Part shown: positions 11,596 through 23,604 of the stretch, piece by piece | Layout of the letters: the number at the start of each line of letters is the position of its first letter | Position numbering within the stretch: position 1 is the stretch's first letter | Source of the DNA: Curvularia clavata | Taxonomy: Eukaryota | NCBI GenBank assembly: GCA_023920165.1 | Contig: CP089276.1 | Coordinates: 4,154,001-4,218,000, forward strand | Length of the DNA: 64,000 bases | Reading direction: 5' to 3' | The notes under the pieces: model-generated | The model's input: the letters and a program-made list of their open reading frames with translations, nothing else | What the model was told of the DNA's origin: nothing | Database searches by the model: none | Position numbers and translations under genes: made by a program

Positions 11596-12332
11596 ACATA
11601 CTGTTGCCCTGTTCCAAAATTGCATTACGCTGGCGTTTCGCATTCCGTTTGCCTCCCATGTTACCGCCTAAACGCGGGTATTGGATAAGCGCACTTGTGT
11701 TCACCATGATACCACATCTTCCAGGCCTACCTGACTGTATTGCGTCTTTCGTTTCGCATACTTCATCTGCTTTCTTAGAACAAAATGAAAATTCGCAATG
11801 TGCTCATTGTATAAACCAACTATCGTGTGTGCCTCTTGCCCTTGTAGACAATGTTAGTCGTAACATTTGAGTTGGCCATGGAAATAGACAGGTGGCAATT
11901 TGTGGAGATCAAATCGACGCTAAAAACACTAAAGATGGACTCACAAACAACACACCCCAGAACTAGTTGTTCGTGGACCCTCAATACCCAATAGGGCCAA
12001 CAGGCAAATATACGTATATTCATTTCTTGTTCATAGAATCCATATCTCATGACTCGGACTAGCTAACACAAAGTTTTTCCGTAACCGTAATGAACCCGAT
12101 AAAGTCCACCATAGACACCATGCCGTGATGAACTCCGAATTCCCACTTTTTTGCGGACATAACCCGATAACTCGAACGAACTAACATGCTGGAGGCGCTA
12201 GCCTATATGTCTCTATCAAGATAAATGGCAGATGTCTATAGGCCACAACGCTTCGTTACACAGATCCACAGCACTTTGCAGCGCCAGACACGGCTCCTTG
12301 TGAGGCACACGCGTCTAAGCAGCTGCAGCTAC

Positions 12333-13636
12333 CTAAGCTGCGGTGGTAGCAGGAGGGTTCTCAACGGCCTTCTCGGGGTTCTCGTTGGTGGCAGCAGCCT
12401 CGGTGAGGGGAGCCTCGCCATCAGCGGGCGCATCGGGCGCGTCATCCTCCTTGCCAGGTGAGTCGATCGCGACCTTAACGGCGATCTCCCGGCCTTCAAT
12501 CTCCTTGCCGTTCATCTCGGCGCAAGCCTTCTGCTGGAGCTCCTCGGAGCCGAGAGTGACGAAACCGAAACCACGGCCCTTGCGGGGTTCGCCGCGGGCC
12601 TGGAGCTTCTTGACCATGAAGCGGGGAATGGGGCGGAGAGCGATTTTGGCCTGGGTGGGCGAGTAGTCCTTGAAGATCTCGAGAAGCTGTGGTGGCGTTA
12701 GCATAGTGTCGGTCTAGGAGACAAAGAAAAAAAACATACCCTATCCTCTTTCAGGTCATAAGGCAGGTTGGCAACCATGACCTTGGTCTTGGAGGGAACG
12801 CCGTCCTCAGGGGGGCCACGCTGCTTGCGCTCGCGGGGAGCGGCGGCCTTGTCGGCGCCCTTCTTTGCTGTAAGCGCTTCGTTCGTAGTCTCGGTCAGGG
12901 GAGCAACTTGGCCAGGTACATTTGTAGGGGTAGAGTCGGCAGGAGCCTCGTTGGAGAGCTCGACCTGCTCGGCGCCCTCGGCGTCAGTCTTCTTGAGGGG
13001 TATGATCAGCTTGTGTCAACGAGAAGGCAGTTTTTTCGAGTCTAAACTTACAGCACGTCCTCCGCGTCCAGCGCGGCCGCCACGACCACGTCCGCGACCA
13101 CGGCCGCGGGTGGAGGTACGGCGACGGGCCTCGCCAGTGGCTCCCTCAGCTCCGCTGCCAGCTCCCTCAGCGTGGGCCTCGGGGGTGCGAGCAAGCTGAA
13201 TGGAGACCTTGCGGTCGAGGATGGCCTTGCCGTTAAGCTCGGCAATGGCACGCTCAGCCTCGGATGGGGTCGAGAGAGCAACGAAGGCGTAGCCGACGGG
13301 GCGCGAGGTGCGCGGGTTGGTGGGGATGGTCGTGGACTCGCTGTGCAACGTGTTAGCTCGAGCTCATGGCGTCATGCGGAGAAGGCAAGGGCCCACATAC
13401 ACCAGGTAGTCCTTGAAGAAGTCCTTCAACTCCCCCTCGGTGGTCGCATACGCGAGGTTTCCAATGTAAAGTCGCCTGCCCTCGGCGGCGCTCGCACGCA
13501 CAGCCTCGTCCTCGGCTGCGGTGGGCTGCTGGGCGCCGGTGCTCTCCGTCGTGGTGGTGGGTGCGGGAGCGGAGTTGTCGGTGGTGAGGGAGGTGTTGGC
13601 CATCTGGGCGGTGACGCTGTCGACAGGTGCGGACAT
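12333..13636 (-). CDS. RNA-binding protein with two RRMs and an RGG linker (Sbp1-like), multi-exon
   Basis: RNP2 LYIGNL, RNP1 VGYAFVAL, RGRGRGRGRGG linker, second RRM VMVANLPY and RGFGFVTL; introns near 13400, 13000 and 12710. Confidence 0.88.
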
Positions 13637-14406
13637 GTTTGCTGAAGTTTTGTGGTTGAGGAACACGAGTGGAGGATCGAACGTGTAGGGTGACTGAGGA
13701 AACTTGGAGTCCTGGTAAACCGGTAAAGGTAACCTTGAACAGCAGTGGATGATTGAGTGTTGATGGGATTGTCGAACCGCCTGTTGGTGGAACTGTTGTT
13801 GACGAGGGGGGTGTGGAGTGGGTAGCTACGAGCCCGGGGAAGGTTGAGAGAGGATTGGGTTGATGGAGTGCTTGGTTGGTCTCTGTTGGTTGACTTGATG
13901 GGGGAAAGGAAGAGCAGGCATGGGCAGATTATTTTGAAGAGGGCGGCCATGGGGGCTTGGCCCAAACGGGCAACGGAAGCGGCCCCTGCTCGCAGCCAAG
14001 GACCCACTCACCGAAGGAAGCAGCAGCCCTGTGCGCACACGCACAACGAGGGGGGGCGCGGCAGGAGCGACCGCCTGCTAGCTGCAGGTGCGCCGCGGCG
14101 AATACAACCAAGTCAGACACAGAGCAGCGACGACCGGCGACAAGAGACGCTCTCTTCGTGTGCACGTCGAGCTGCTTAGCTAACCAGCCATAGCGGCGCC
14201 ACACCTTGTGCGCCACAGCACACTGCAGTATAGTACAGCAACCTGTGTCCGCCACAGTCCACAGTCACGTCACCCTGGCCCCACCGCCGCTAGAAGCCGA
14301 TAGCAGCAAAAAGACCCGGCTGCCGTTGACGTGGCCGCTAGTGCACCGCTTCTTCATGCGATGGATCCGGGGGTTGGGCCGTCTAATTTCACCTCCTCGA
14401 TGCGCC

Positions 14407-16502
14407 ATGTCTGCCCTGCAGCAGCCTCGCCGTGCTCTCGTCGTCTATGGCTCCGAGACGGGCAACGCCCAAGATGTGGCTGAGGACATGGGCAGGATCG
14501 CCGAGCGCCTGCGGTTCGACACGCACGTCGCTGAACTGAACGCCATCAAGCGTCTCCCGGTATGTTGGTGGGCACGGCAGTGCGTCCATGCAAAGGACCG
14601 CCGTTGACGAGAGTAGCTTCAATTGCTTCAGTACCATGTGGTCCTCATTGCAATCTCCACCACGGGTCAGGGCGACCTGCCGCCAAATAGCCAAGAGTTC
14701 TGGAAAGCCATCAGGCGCAAGGGACTACCCACAGGGTGTCTGCAGCCGATGAGGTTTGCATCTTTTGGCCTGGGAGACTCCTCGTATCCAAAGTACAACT
14801 GGGCCCATCGTAAACTCTACAACCGCCTCATCCAGCTGGGAGCCCAGCCGATATGTGATCGCGGTGAATCTGACGAGCAGCATCCAGAGGGGTAGGTCAA
14901 TGCTCCTACTCGCGCCATGTTATGCAATGCTTCTGTGCTTGGAGTCACGAGCCCTGTGTCTGACTTCGCTGTCTAGTATTGATGGCTCATTCCTTCCCTG
15001 GTCGACTAAGCTTCGTCAACACCTCTTGGAAGCATACCCCATACCTAACGGTGTCGAGCCCATACCAGACAATGTGTTACTTGACCCAAAGTGGTTGCTT
15101 GAAAGCGCTGACAAGATATCGATAACTTCAAATGACCAGGAGGCAAACGGCCAGTTATCTGATGTCCCTCCACCAGATCTCCTCAACATACCTGGTGGCC
15201 TGACCGCAAAAATTACGAGGAATGAACGTGTTACTCCCTCAGACCATTGGCAGGATGTCCGACATATTAAGTTCGAAATACCAGAAGTCCACCCCTACGC
15301 TCCCGGTGATGTCCTCACAATATATCCCAAGAACTTCCCTTCGGACGTTTCGCAATTCCTAGAGTGCATGGAATGGACATCGATGGCTGACGTCCCTCTA
15401 CGCTTTACCCCTTCCTCCCCGTCTTCATCAACCAAAAATTTTCCCATTCGAACATTGGATGCCGGAACCACGATAACGCTACGCCAACTCCTTACCAACC
15501 ATCTGGACATCATCTCTATTCCTCGCCGCTCCTTCTTCGCCCAGCTTGCCCACTATACTACCCATGAAACACATAAGGAGCGCCTCCTCGAATATACTGA
15601 TCCCCAAAACATTGACGAGCTCTATAACTACACAACACGTCCACGTCGTAGCATCCTAGAGGTTCTGCAGGACTTTGATTCTGTCAAGGTGCCATGGCAA
15701 CGTGTGTGTAGCATAATACCTGTGATGCGCGGAAGACAGTTTAGCATTGCGAGCGCGATGAACCCAACAGCAGAGATGGAGAAAAAGACTAAGATTGAGC
15801 TCTTGATTGCGATCGTCAAGTACAAAACAATTATCAGGAGGATCAGACAGGGAGTGGCGACAAGGTATATTGCGTCCTTTACGCCGGGCCAGGAAATTAC
15901 TGTTATCCTTTCAAAGGGAGGGCTTGGCGTCAAAAAAGAGGAGATAGATAAACCTATTGTCATGGTCGGCCCTGGGACAGGTGTAGCTCCAATGCGGTCG
16001 CTAATCTACCAACGGAAGTTGTGGCGGGAAGAACTGGAGCAAACCCAGAATGGGCACATGCAGGGAAAAAGTCAAGTAAAGGACTTGTTGTTCTTTGGCT
16101 GCAGAAACGCAGAATCAGACTATTTTTTCAAGGACGAATGGGCACAGCTGCAGTCCAACGGCGTTCCGCTGGACGTTTTTGCAGCTTTTTCCCGAGACCA
16201 GGTAAGTTATGTTCTCATGCATGCTTTGCCATTCCCTCCTAGCCCTTCCACTAACCCATCCCTAGCGACAAAAGGTATATGTCCAAGATCTCCTTCGACA
16301 GCAGTCTGCTCTCGTCTTCTCGCACCTTTACCACAAATCGGGTGTCATGTACGTTTGTGGCTCTTCGGGAAAGATGCCTCAGGCAGTACGCGAGGCACTC
16401 ATTGAAGCCTTCCAAGAGCATGGAAATATGAAGAGAGAGACAGCAGAAGCGTACCTAGTAAGCATGGAGAAGGCCGGGCGGTATAGACAAGAGACCTGGT
16501 AG
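14407..16502 (+). CDS. TAH18: NADPH-dependent diflavin oxidoreductase 1 (cytosolic Fe-S assembly), 4 exons
   Basis: YGSETGNAQD, STTGQGD, FGLGDSSYPKYN, RQFSIAS, GPGTGVAPMRS, LFFGCRN, C-terminal RYRQETW*. Confidence 0.93.
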
Positions 16503-16684
16503 TTGAAGCACGTGATTAATCGCAAGCGCAAAACAGATTAGCAACAAAAACAAGATTTTGTACAAGCAAACCTTTACAGACAAACAATGCAAAAGCAAGG
16601 TGGTGATGATCGTGATGATGGTCTAGGAAGGGGGGATCTTTCTTACCAATTTTACGGGATGCATGCCCTCAAAAGATACGGTCC

Positions 16685-18085
16685 TCAGTTGTGCCAGAAT
16701 TCCGCATCAGGATCTTCCACAAAGACCCATCCAGGCTCGACAAATTCAGACATTCGCAGCGGATCCGGTACTGGAATATCAGCCGGAATTGATGCAAAAT
16801 GAACGTTGTGCTCAGCAAAGCATTGATACAGCATTGCAAAATCCGGGGGAAAATAACACAGCTTGGGCGGCCAATCGACAACAGCGACTCTCTTGAGCAA
16901 AGGTAGCACCATAGGCGCAGTTTCAGCGAAGCAGCGTAGCATCTCGGTGGGACCTTCCCATCCTTTTGCGCCCCAGTGCTCCTGCCAGTCCATTTCGAAC
17001 GTCAGCTCCTCAAGCGTCGGTGGCAGATAGCATATGAACTGAGTGACAAAGTCGGTCACGGACTGCTCAGGATCGTCGTCATGTGTGATCAGTCCCATGT
17101 CCAGTGAGCGCAAATTTGACATCACCGATGCCAGACGAGCTACCTGCATTATGTGCTTTTGGTACAGCATCTGATGATCGCCACGAACCGACAGCTTCTC
17201 GAGCGATGCGTGGTTGCCTGTCAATACAAAGGAAAGGCCTTGGAACTTGGAGAGGAGACTGGCCGGGCGCATCCTGCGGAGGTCGTTGTGGACATCAGTC
17301 TCATAAACGAAGCTCTTGAGGTTTTTGCACGCCATGGTGAAGTAGGCTAGCACCAGTGGCTCCACGCAAGCCCGCTTCAGAGTGATGTTCTCGACAAAGG
17401 AAACACCCGGTTCGAGTAGTGTACGCAGCGTTGTGTCTTGTTTCCACTCTAGATAGTTTTCGGGTGTGCGTTCCAGCTGGACAAGATCAATGACTGTTAC
17501 GTCACGGAGCGAGGGCACAAGGAACAAGTGTGCAATTTGCTCTAGGCAGAGCGGCCCATGTATGTGAACGCGGCGTAGATGCTGTAGCGCTCCCACTTCC
17601 ACTACCGCCTGGCGAAACCAGTAGATGTTATTTTCCCATTCCGACGTATCTTTGATGATGAGCGTGTGGATAGCTGGTGTGACTGTTATGAAGAAAGCCA
17701 TAAACTGGTGATCACGCCATGTGAGGAACATCCGGGGTCGATTCATTGACGTTGCTCCTGCTGTTTGAAGAAATCTCATCAGCCTGCAAAGGTTCCTTCG
17801 TTTCTCATTGCCGTCATCATCGGCTGTTTTCAGATCCCATGTAACTTTCTGAACGCGAGCCGCCAGCTTTGGATCATGAAGAAGTTTTTGTGTAAGTGGC
17901 CAGGGGCATGTGACCAAGATATGCTTGTACATGTGGTCGAGTGAGAGCTGGTACATGCGCCGACTGGTCAGGCTTAGGTTCCGTATGTCTCTGGGATTCT
18001 CGATCGGCAGCCACTCGATGATGTTCATAACGAGCTCGCTCGGAAGAGTGCCGAAACCAGGGTTTGACGCGAGTTCGGTTGCCAT
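16685..18085 (-). CDS. F-box domain protein with LRR-like C-terminal region (paralog A), intronless
   Basis: N-terminal LPSELVMNIIEWL...LSLTSRRMYQL F-box pattern; LxxLxL repeats; collinear similarity to the neighbouring gene. Confidence 0.75.
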   Translation of the reverse strand: MATELASNPGFGTLPSELVMNIIEWLPIENPRDIRNLSLTSRRMYQLSLDHMYKHILVTCPWPLTQKLLHDPKLAARVQKVTWDLKTADDDGNEKRRNLCRLMRFLQTAGATSMNRPRMFLTWRDHQFMAFFITVTPAIHTLIIKDTSEWENNIYWFRQAVVEVGALQHLRRVHIHGPLCLEQIAHLFLVPSLRDVTVIDLVQLERTPENYLEWKQDTTLRTLLEPGVSFVENITLKRACVEPLVLAYFTMACKNLKSFVYETDVHNDLRRMRPASLLSKFQGLSFVLTGNHASLEKLSVRGDHQMLYQKHIMQVARLASVMSNLRSLDMGLITHDDDPEQSVTDFVTQFICYLPPTLEELTFEMDWQEHWGAKGWEGPTEMLRCFAETAPMVLPLLKRVAVVDWPPKLCYFPPDFAMLYQCFAEHNVHFASIPADIPVPDPLRMSEFVEPGWVFVEDPDAEFWHN

Positions 18086-18408
18086 TTCTGGGGGATCTGC
18101 AGGTGGGTACTACATGCGCTTTTGGTTGTTGGAGTGCGCCGACAACTTAAATCACCCGCGTTAGCGTCCAAAAAAGGAAAGGCTTCGTGAAAATAGCTTT
18201 TCCGTCTATAGGCGTTTGTATAAGGCAAAATGATAAGCTGCAAACGGACGGCCCCGCAGTATAGCGACGCTAACGACTTGGCAAGTGTTTGACCGAGTCT
18301 AATCTGGGTCTGATGAATTTTATCTCAGAATTTCTACTAATGTGAAGAATTCAAACCCTTCATAGTCGCTTGTGCAACCGTACTTGCATCCAAAATTGGC
18401 CAGCACCA

Positions 18409-19890
18409 TCAGGAGTTCCCAGCGTAGATGGTGAAGGAAGATGTCTTGCCCACCCATAGCCACCCTTGTTCCACATCATCAGCAGTCACCAAAGGTTCCT
18501 CGCCATCAATCTCCTCGCCAACGACTTCTAGGTCCATGCCCAAGCTGCGAAATAGCCTTTGCAAACGAGAGAACCTTTCTTGATGTGGAAACCAACCTCC
18601 CAACGCTGGCCAATCCGCAATGGCTATGCGTTTTAGATTGGATGCAGAAGCGACGGCTCTGGCGAACGGTTCCAAGCATTCGAGTAATTGAACTCCCTCA
18701 TTCTTGTCATATTCATCCCACTTGATGCGTAAAACTTCCAGCGTATCCGGAAGTTGTTCGGCAATATCTCTAGGATCACGTATCGTATCCAGAGGGTGGA
18801 GCTCAAAAGATGTGCCCCAGAAACTAGAATCATCACAAGGTCCGAGATCCAAAGTATGCAAATCCTGAAGAGGGTGTTTTTCGAGCACAGGAACTCGAGT
18901 GGCAAATAGCGACGACACCACCTCTCTCTCAAGCACAGACTCACTGCGGATTCGTAGATACTCGAGAGGACAATTCGAGAGACGTCGCAGGTCTTCTATA
19001 CGCGGGAACTCATGAGATTCTCGTCGGTGAGATGCAAGTTCATCGTCGACGTATTCGTAAGTCAGGCTCTTAAGTTTGTTGAGTCTCTCAAGGATGACAA
19101 TCGCATCTGGAAAAAAGATGCTTGATGCCCGCAATATTAGTTGCTGGAGAGAAGATCCGCTAGAAAGCAAATCGGCTATAGATTTGCCCTGCCCTTCTCT
19201 CCATGCAAAGGTCCTGCCCAGTTCCTGGCGCATGGCGACGACTTGAAGAAGCTCTAGTTTCCGAATCGAAGGCAAAGTCAAAAGGGGTACGACATTCTCT
19301 ATTCGTTGAGGACCGTGAACTGTGATTGAGCTAAGATTTTCGAATCGATGTGGATTCATCGATACTGTCAAAAACCAGTAAGAATGGTCGTCCCATAGCC
19401 AAGTATCCCACACAGTAAGCTTTTGGACTCTAGGTGTGAAGCACAGAAAGAATTCAAGATACCACCAGTGCGGCTCTCGCGAATGGTCAAACTCTATGAA
19501 CCGCCCAGGTAGGTCCACAGAAGGTTCGCTCATTTCGAAGTTGTGTTCAGTATTCTGCAGCTTGTTCGCAAGGAGCAGCCTCTGTTCTGGTGACACGCAC
19601 CGTTGCCGAGCTGATACTGACCAATAGGTCTGAAACCAGACCACTTCTTTGACATGGTCTGCTAGCTCAGGATGTGATAATGCTATGGTACGCAGGAACT
19701 GTTCTGGGGCCTCGCCATAGAATTTGGAGTATAGCCGGCTGATCGCTAGACGTTGAAAACGCCGACTTGTTCCACCGAGGGCATGAAGTGTTGAGATGTC
19801 GTCGGTTTCTATACAATCAAGTATCGATACTATGAGCTCTTCAGGAAGCGCGCTAAGTTTATCGAGGGATGTATTCGTTAGTCCTGTCAT
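18409..19890 (-). CDS. F-box domain protein with LRR-like C-terminal region (paralog B), intronless
   Basis: LSALPEELIVSILDCI...LGGTSRRFQRLA F-box pattern; shared blocks with 16685-18085. Confidence 0.75.
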   Translation of the reverse strand: MTGLTNTSLDKLSALPEELIVSILDCIETDDISTLHALGGTSRRFQRLAISRLYSKFYGEAPEQFLRTIALSHPELADHVKEVVWFQTYWSVSARQRCVSPEQRLLLANKLQNTEHNFEMSEPSVDLPGRFIEFDHSREPHWWYLEFFLCFTPRVQKLTVWDTWLWDDHSYWFLTVSMNPHRFENLSSITVHGPQRIENVVPLLTLPSIRKLELLQVVAMRQELGRTFAWREGQGKSIADLLSSGSSLQQLILRASSIFFPDAIVILERLNKLKSLTYEYVDDELASHRRESHEFPRIEDLRRLSNCPLEYLRIRSESVLEREVVSSLFATRVPVLEKHPLQDLHTLDLGPCDDSSFWGTSFELHPLDTIRDPRDIAEQLPDTLEVLRIKWDEYDKNEGVQLLECLEPFARAVASASNLKRIAIADWPALGGWFPHQERFSRLQRLFRSLGMDLEVVGEEIDGEEPLVTADDVEQGWLWVGKTSSFTIYAGNS

Positions 19891-21128
19891 GTTTGGTGGA
19901 TGCCGTGCTCAAGATGATGATGATTGTGAGTATTAATGGTTCGAACGCGATTGCGGCTTGCTCCACCTAGACAAAATATCTAAGTATCTCCTAGCGGCTT
20001 GGCAACAAACACCATGTCCTCCTTCAATGTTTTGAATTATGGTCTAAACATAAAACTCATGTTTGTGTTCAACAGAACTACACCATGGTTCTCGTCCAAA
20101 TTCGTCTCCTGTTGGTTGCAGCTTGAGCTGCATATTACAGCTAGTAGTAGATGGTCTTCGTGTACCTACTAGCGCAAAACGCGATTTGATTGGCTCAAGA
20201 CCCTCCACTATTATCCACGATAGAATGTCAGGAACCTCCTTACTCACTTTCAAGTGAAAACCCCCAATTATACGCCCGTGCTACATCACAATGACTTGTT
20301 GTCTGGCGATATGCTAGACTGAGCTGTGGTGATCCACTAAACAGATACCTTGATATGAGCTTTCTGAGTTCGAACACTGTCAGAACTGTTCGTCTCTGCT
20401 CCTAGTAGTTATGACTTTAGTGGTGTTTCGGATTTTCACAAATCTACAGACTTTGGGTGTTAAATAGAACACCTTGCCACAGCCATACTCTACACCACGT
20501 TGTATGCCCTCAGCTCGCATCTAGTGCCAAGGAAAACAGCTTGCATACCCATGTCTAGGAGATGCTAGAGTTTTGCAATCCTTTCCCAGAACATCGCAGC
20601 CCAACGTATTGGAGCTGGCGATATTCCTGCACCCACATGCATGCTTCTGCTGCTCCCATCACTCGCATCGTTTGCACCTTCCTGAACGGAGATGGGCTGT
20701 TAAGGCCAGCCAAATGTTCTGCTTGATATAATTTAGGCAAAGCTGGCGCGAAGGATTACTCGTCTAGGCACAATGTAAGATGGCGGCCAGAACGTCTTAG
20801 CATATCTCTAGGCGACGCTCGTCGCACTGCATATTTCCGCCCCGATCGCTCTCATTGCCTTTCCCTTGTGTCGGTGGTTGGGCATCGCATGTCCGGATGG
20901 GTCTCTCTGCAACTTGGACGCCTGAACGGACGGCAAACAACTTTAGCCTCCACGCACAATTAAAGTGCCAGCCAAGCTTGACAAAGACAGACCCCAGACT
21001 AGACGCGCTCACTGCATGCGCCAGGAGGGTTGCATTTGGGTTGCTCAGAATATGAGTTATAAAGGCCTCGATGCTTCCGCAATAAACACGGTCAAGACTT
21101 CGCGCCCTTGCGGCTTTTCTCTGTCACT

Positions 21129-22435
21129 ATGAAAGTGCTTCTTGTCATTGCGGCTTTATTGGGCAGCACAATCGCGACACCTTTGAAATCCGACGCCTTG
21201 GCTAGCCACGGATTGGACCAATTATGGCTTGACGTCGCCAAAAACCCAAATAGCTATTCCAAGTCATGCAACAAGAGAACAGTCGCCCGGCGACGTGAAT
21301 GGTTTGTTCGATCTCTCCGCATTTAGTGAGACGATTTCCTTACCCTGTCAAGGTCTACGTTGAAGCGATCTGAGAAACTCAACTACATTGACGCAGTCCA
21401 GTGCATGGGAAGAAAGAAAGCCAGGACTCCTGCTGCCATTGCTTCTGGAGCGAAAAACCGCTATGATGATTTTGTTGTCACTCACATTCTCTTGACACAG
21501 TACACACATGGCAATGTGTGTTCTCTGCTCTATCGAATTAGCGACGACATTGCTGATTGTCAATAGGGAAATTTCCTTTCATGGCATCGATACTTCATGT
21601 GGGCTTGGGAACAGAGCCTACGTAATGAGTGTGGGTACAGAGGGTATTTGCCTTACTACAACTGGGCGCTTTGGGCGGATGACCCGCGTGCGTCTCCTCT
21701 TCTCGATGGCAGTGATACCAGTATTTCTGGAGACGGCGAATATGTTCCTGGGCGCAACGCCACCTGCGTGCCGAACCCAGGTCGATGCTTGGTCGAGGTG
21801 CCTCCTGGTAACGGAGGTGGCTGTGTTGCATCTGGACCTTTCAAGAAGTGAGCTCATGTGTGCAATTTCTCTCGCGTGGTCATTTGTACTGACCACTATT
21901 CAGCTGGAAGATGCATGTCGGTCCAATCTCATCCCTCGACACAACCGTAGCATCAAATCCATCACCAGACGGTCTAGGTTACAACCCTAGATGCATCAAG
22001 CGCGACATAAACACGCGCTCATCCTCAGAGACCTCCGATGCTGATATCGCTGACCTGATAGCCAACAGCACCAATATTGCCGATTTTCAGGGCACACTTC
22101 AGAATCCATCCCCAGGAAAGTTGCGTATCCATTTGGGCGGCCACAACACTATTGCAGGCGACGCCGGTTCCGATTTTTACAACTCTCCATCTGACCCGTA
22201 CTTTTGGAATCATCATGCTCAGATTGACCGTGTATGGTGGGTATGGCAGAACCAGGACCTAGAGAATCGGCGGTATACTATCTCTGGAACGCTCACTTTC
22301 CAGAACATACCACCAACTAGGAACGCAACTTTGGATGATGTCATGACATTTGGAGATTATTTGGGCTTCCCAAACATCACTATCAGGGAGGCTTCGAGCA
22401 CACTTGCTGGACCCTTTTGCTACATTTATGAATAG
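21129..22435 (+). CDS. Secreted tyrosinase / type-3 di-copper protein, 4 exons
   Basis: Signal peptide MKVLLVIAALLG; RREW, RYDDFVVTH...THGN/GNFLSWHR (CuA), LRNECGY, HLGGH and SPSDPYFWNHHAQIDRVW (CuB). Confidence 0.92.
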
Positions 22436-22921
22436 GTAATACCAGGTAGTCTTTGAGTGAACAAAAAAGCTAGTGGGTTCTACTCTATGCAAGTCTCAGA
22501 GAGCAAAGCGAATACTGCAGTAACCATATATCTTCTACTTCATATGCGGCATGACCAAGGTAACTGGGTGCGAAATACATCCCGCATACTGTGTCAAATT
22601 GCGCCTTGCGCCCGTACTCAAAAGAGTAAAGACAATTTGGTGCACCAGGCATCGCGTCCTACTTTTTGTTAACCACGCAGTCTCTTAGCTTCAAGAGACG
22701 CAAGTTGTGCAGCCTATCAAAGCGGAATTGTATCATTCAATGCTTATCCCGCTTCTAGTCATGCTACTTCCAGTCATAGGTAGCGCAGCTGGAATGGCCT
22801 ACCTACATCTAGGTAAACTTCCTGCCAAGAAACCCGCAGTTGCTTATGTTTACATTCATCCCAATTAGCAAACCATCTTGTAAACAAAAGAGTGGCTTAA
22901 GAATCGTAAACTCTCGTGATT

Positions 22922-22970
22922 GAGTACTATGGTTGAAATCATATGTTTCGTGGTTCCAACCATAGTACTC
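22922..22970. repeat. Inverted repeat/hairpin (14 bp perfect, 22 bp with 4 transitions)
   Basis: gagtactatggttg...caaccatagtactc are exact reverse complements. Confidence 0.85.
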
Positions 22971-23604
22971 CGTAGGTGGCTCCGGCTGACCTTGGTGTTT
23001 GGCTCCAAAACACGCGCCTGAGTACGGCTCGGAATCATTGGGCCCCTGCCACGTTATTCAGCGACACCTAGTAGTACTCGGCACAAGTATGCTATGTTTA
23101 CAGACGCATTGACCCACCATGTCTAGTGCACACATGCCATCAGCCCATCAAGACACTACTTGGGTGTATTGCTGGTTACGACAATGCCGCGCGCCTGAAA
23201 TTGGCATTTGGATCCTACTTTCGGTTACCAAAGGAACGTCGCCAAAACAGCGGCATTTTAGGGACTGCTGTAATACTACGCTCTTCTATAACCAGCATAA
23301 GATCGGAAAATCAAATGAACAAGCTCATCTACAAAGAAAAGCTGTGAACACGGTGGATAACTGTGGTACATACAGCTGCTTTTGAAAGTAGATTCACAAG
23401 TGCTAGGAACACAGCAAGCGATGAATAACTGTAACACCTTTTGAATTACGTTGGCTACCATTTTCTGCTTTTACTTTGTCGTTGTACAGCTCAATCATAT
23501 TATTCAACCCTTTGCCCATTTTCTAGCTGCATATCATCTGAACCGCTCATGAATCTGTTGCGACTGCATCTCGATATCAAATCTCGCCTTGGCATGCCAC
23601 AAAC

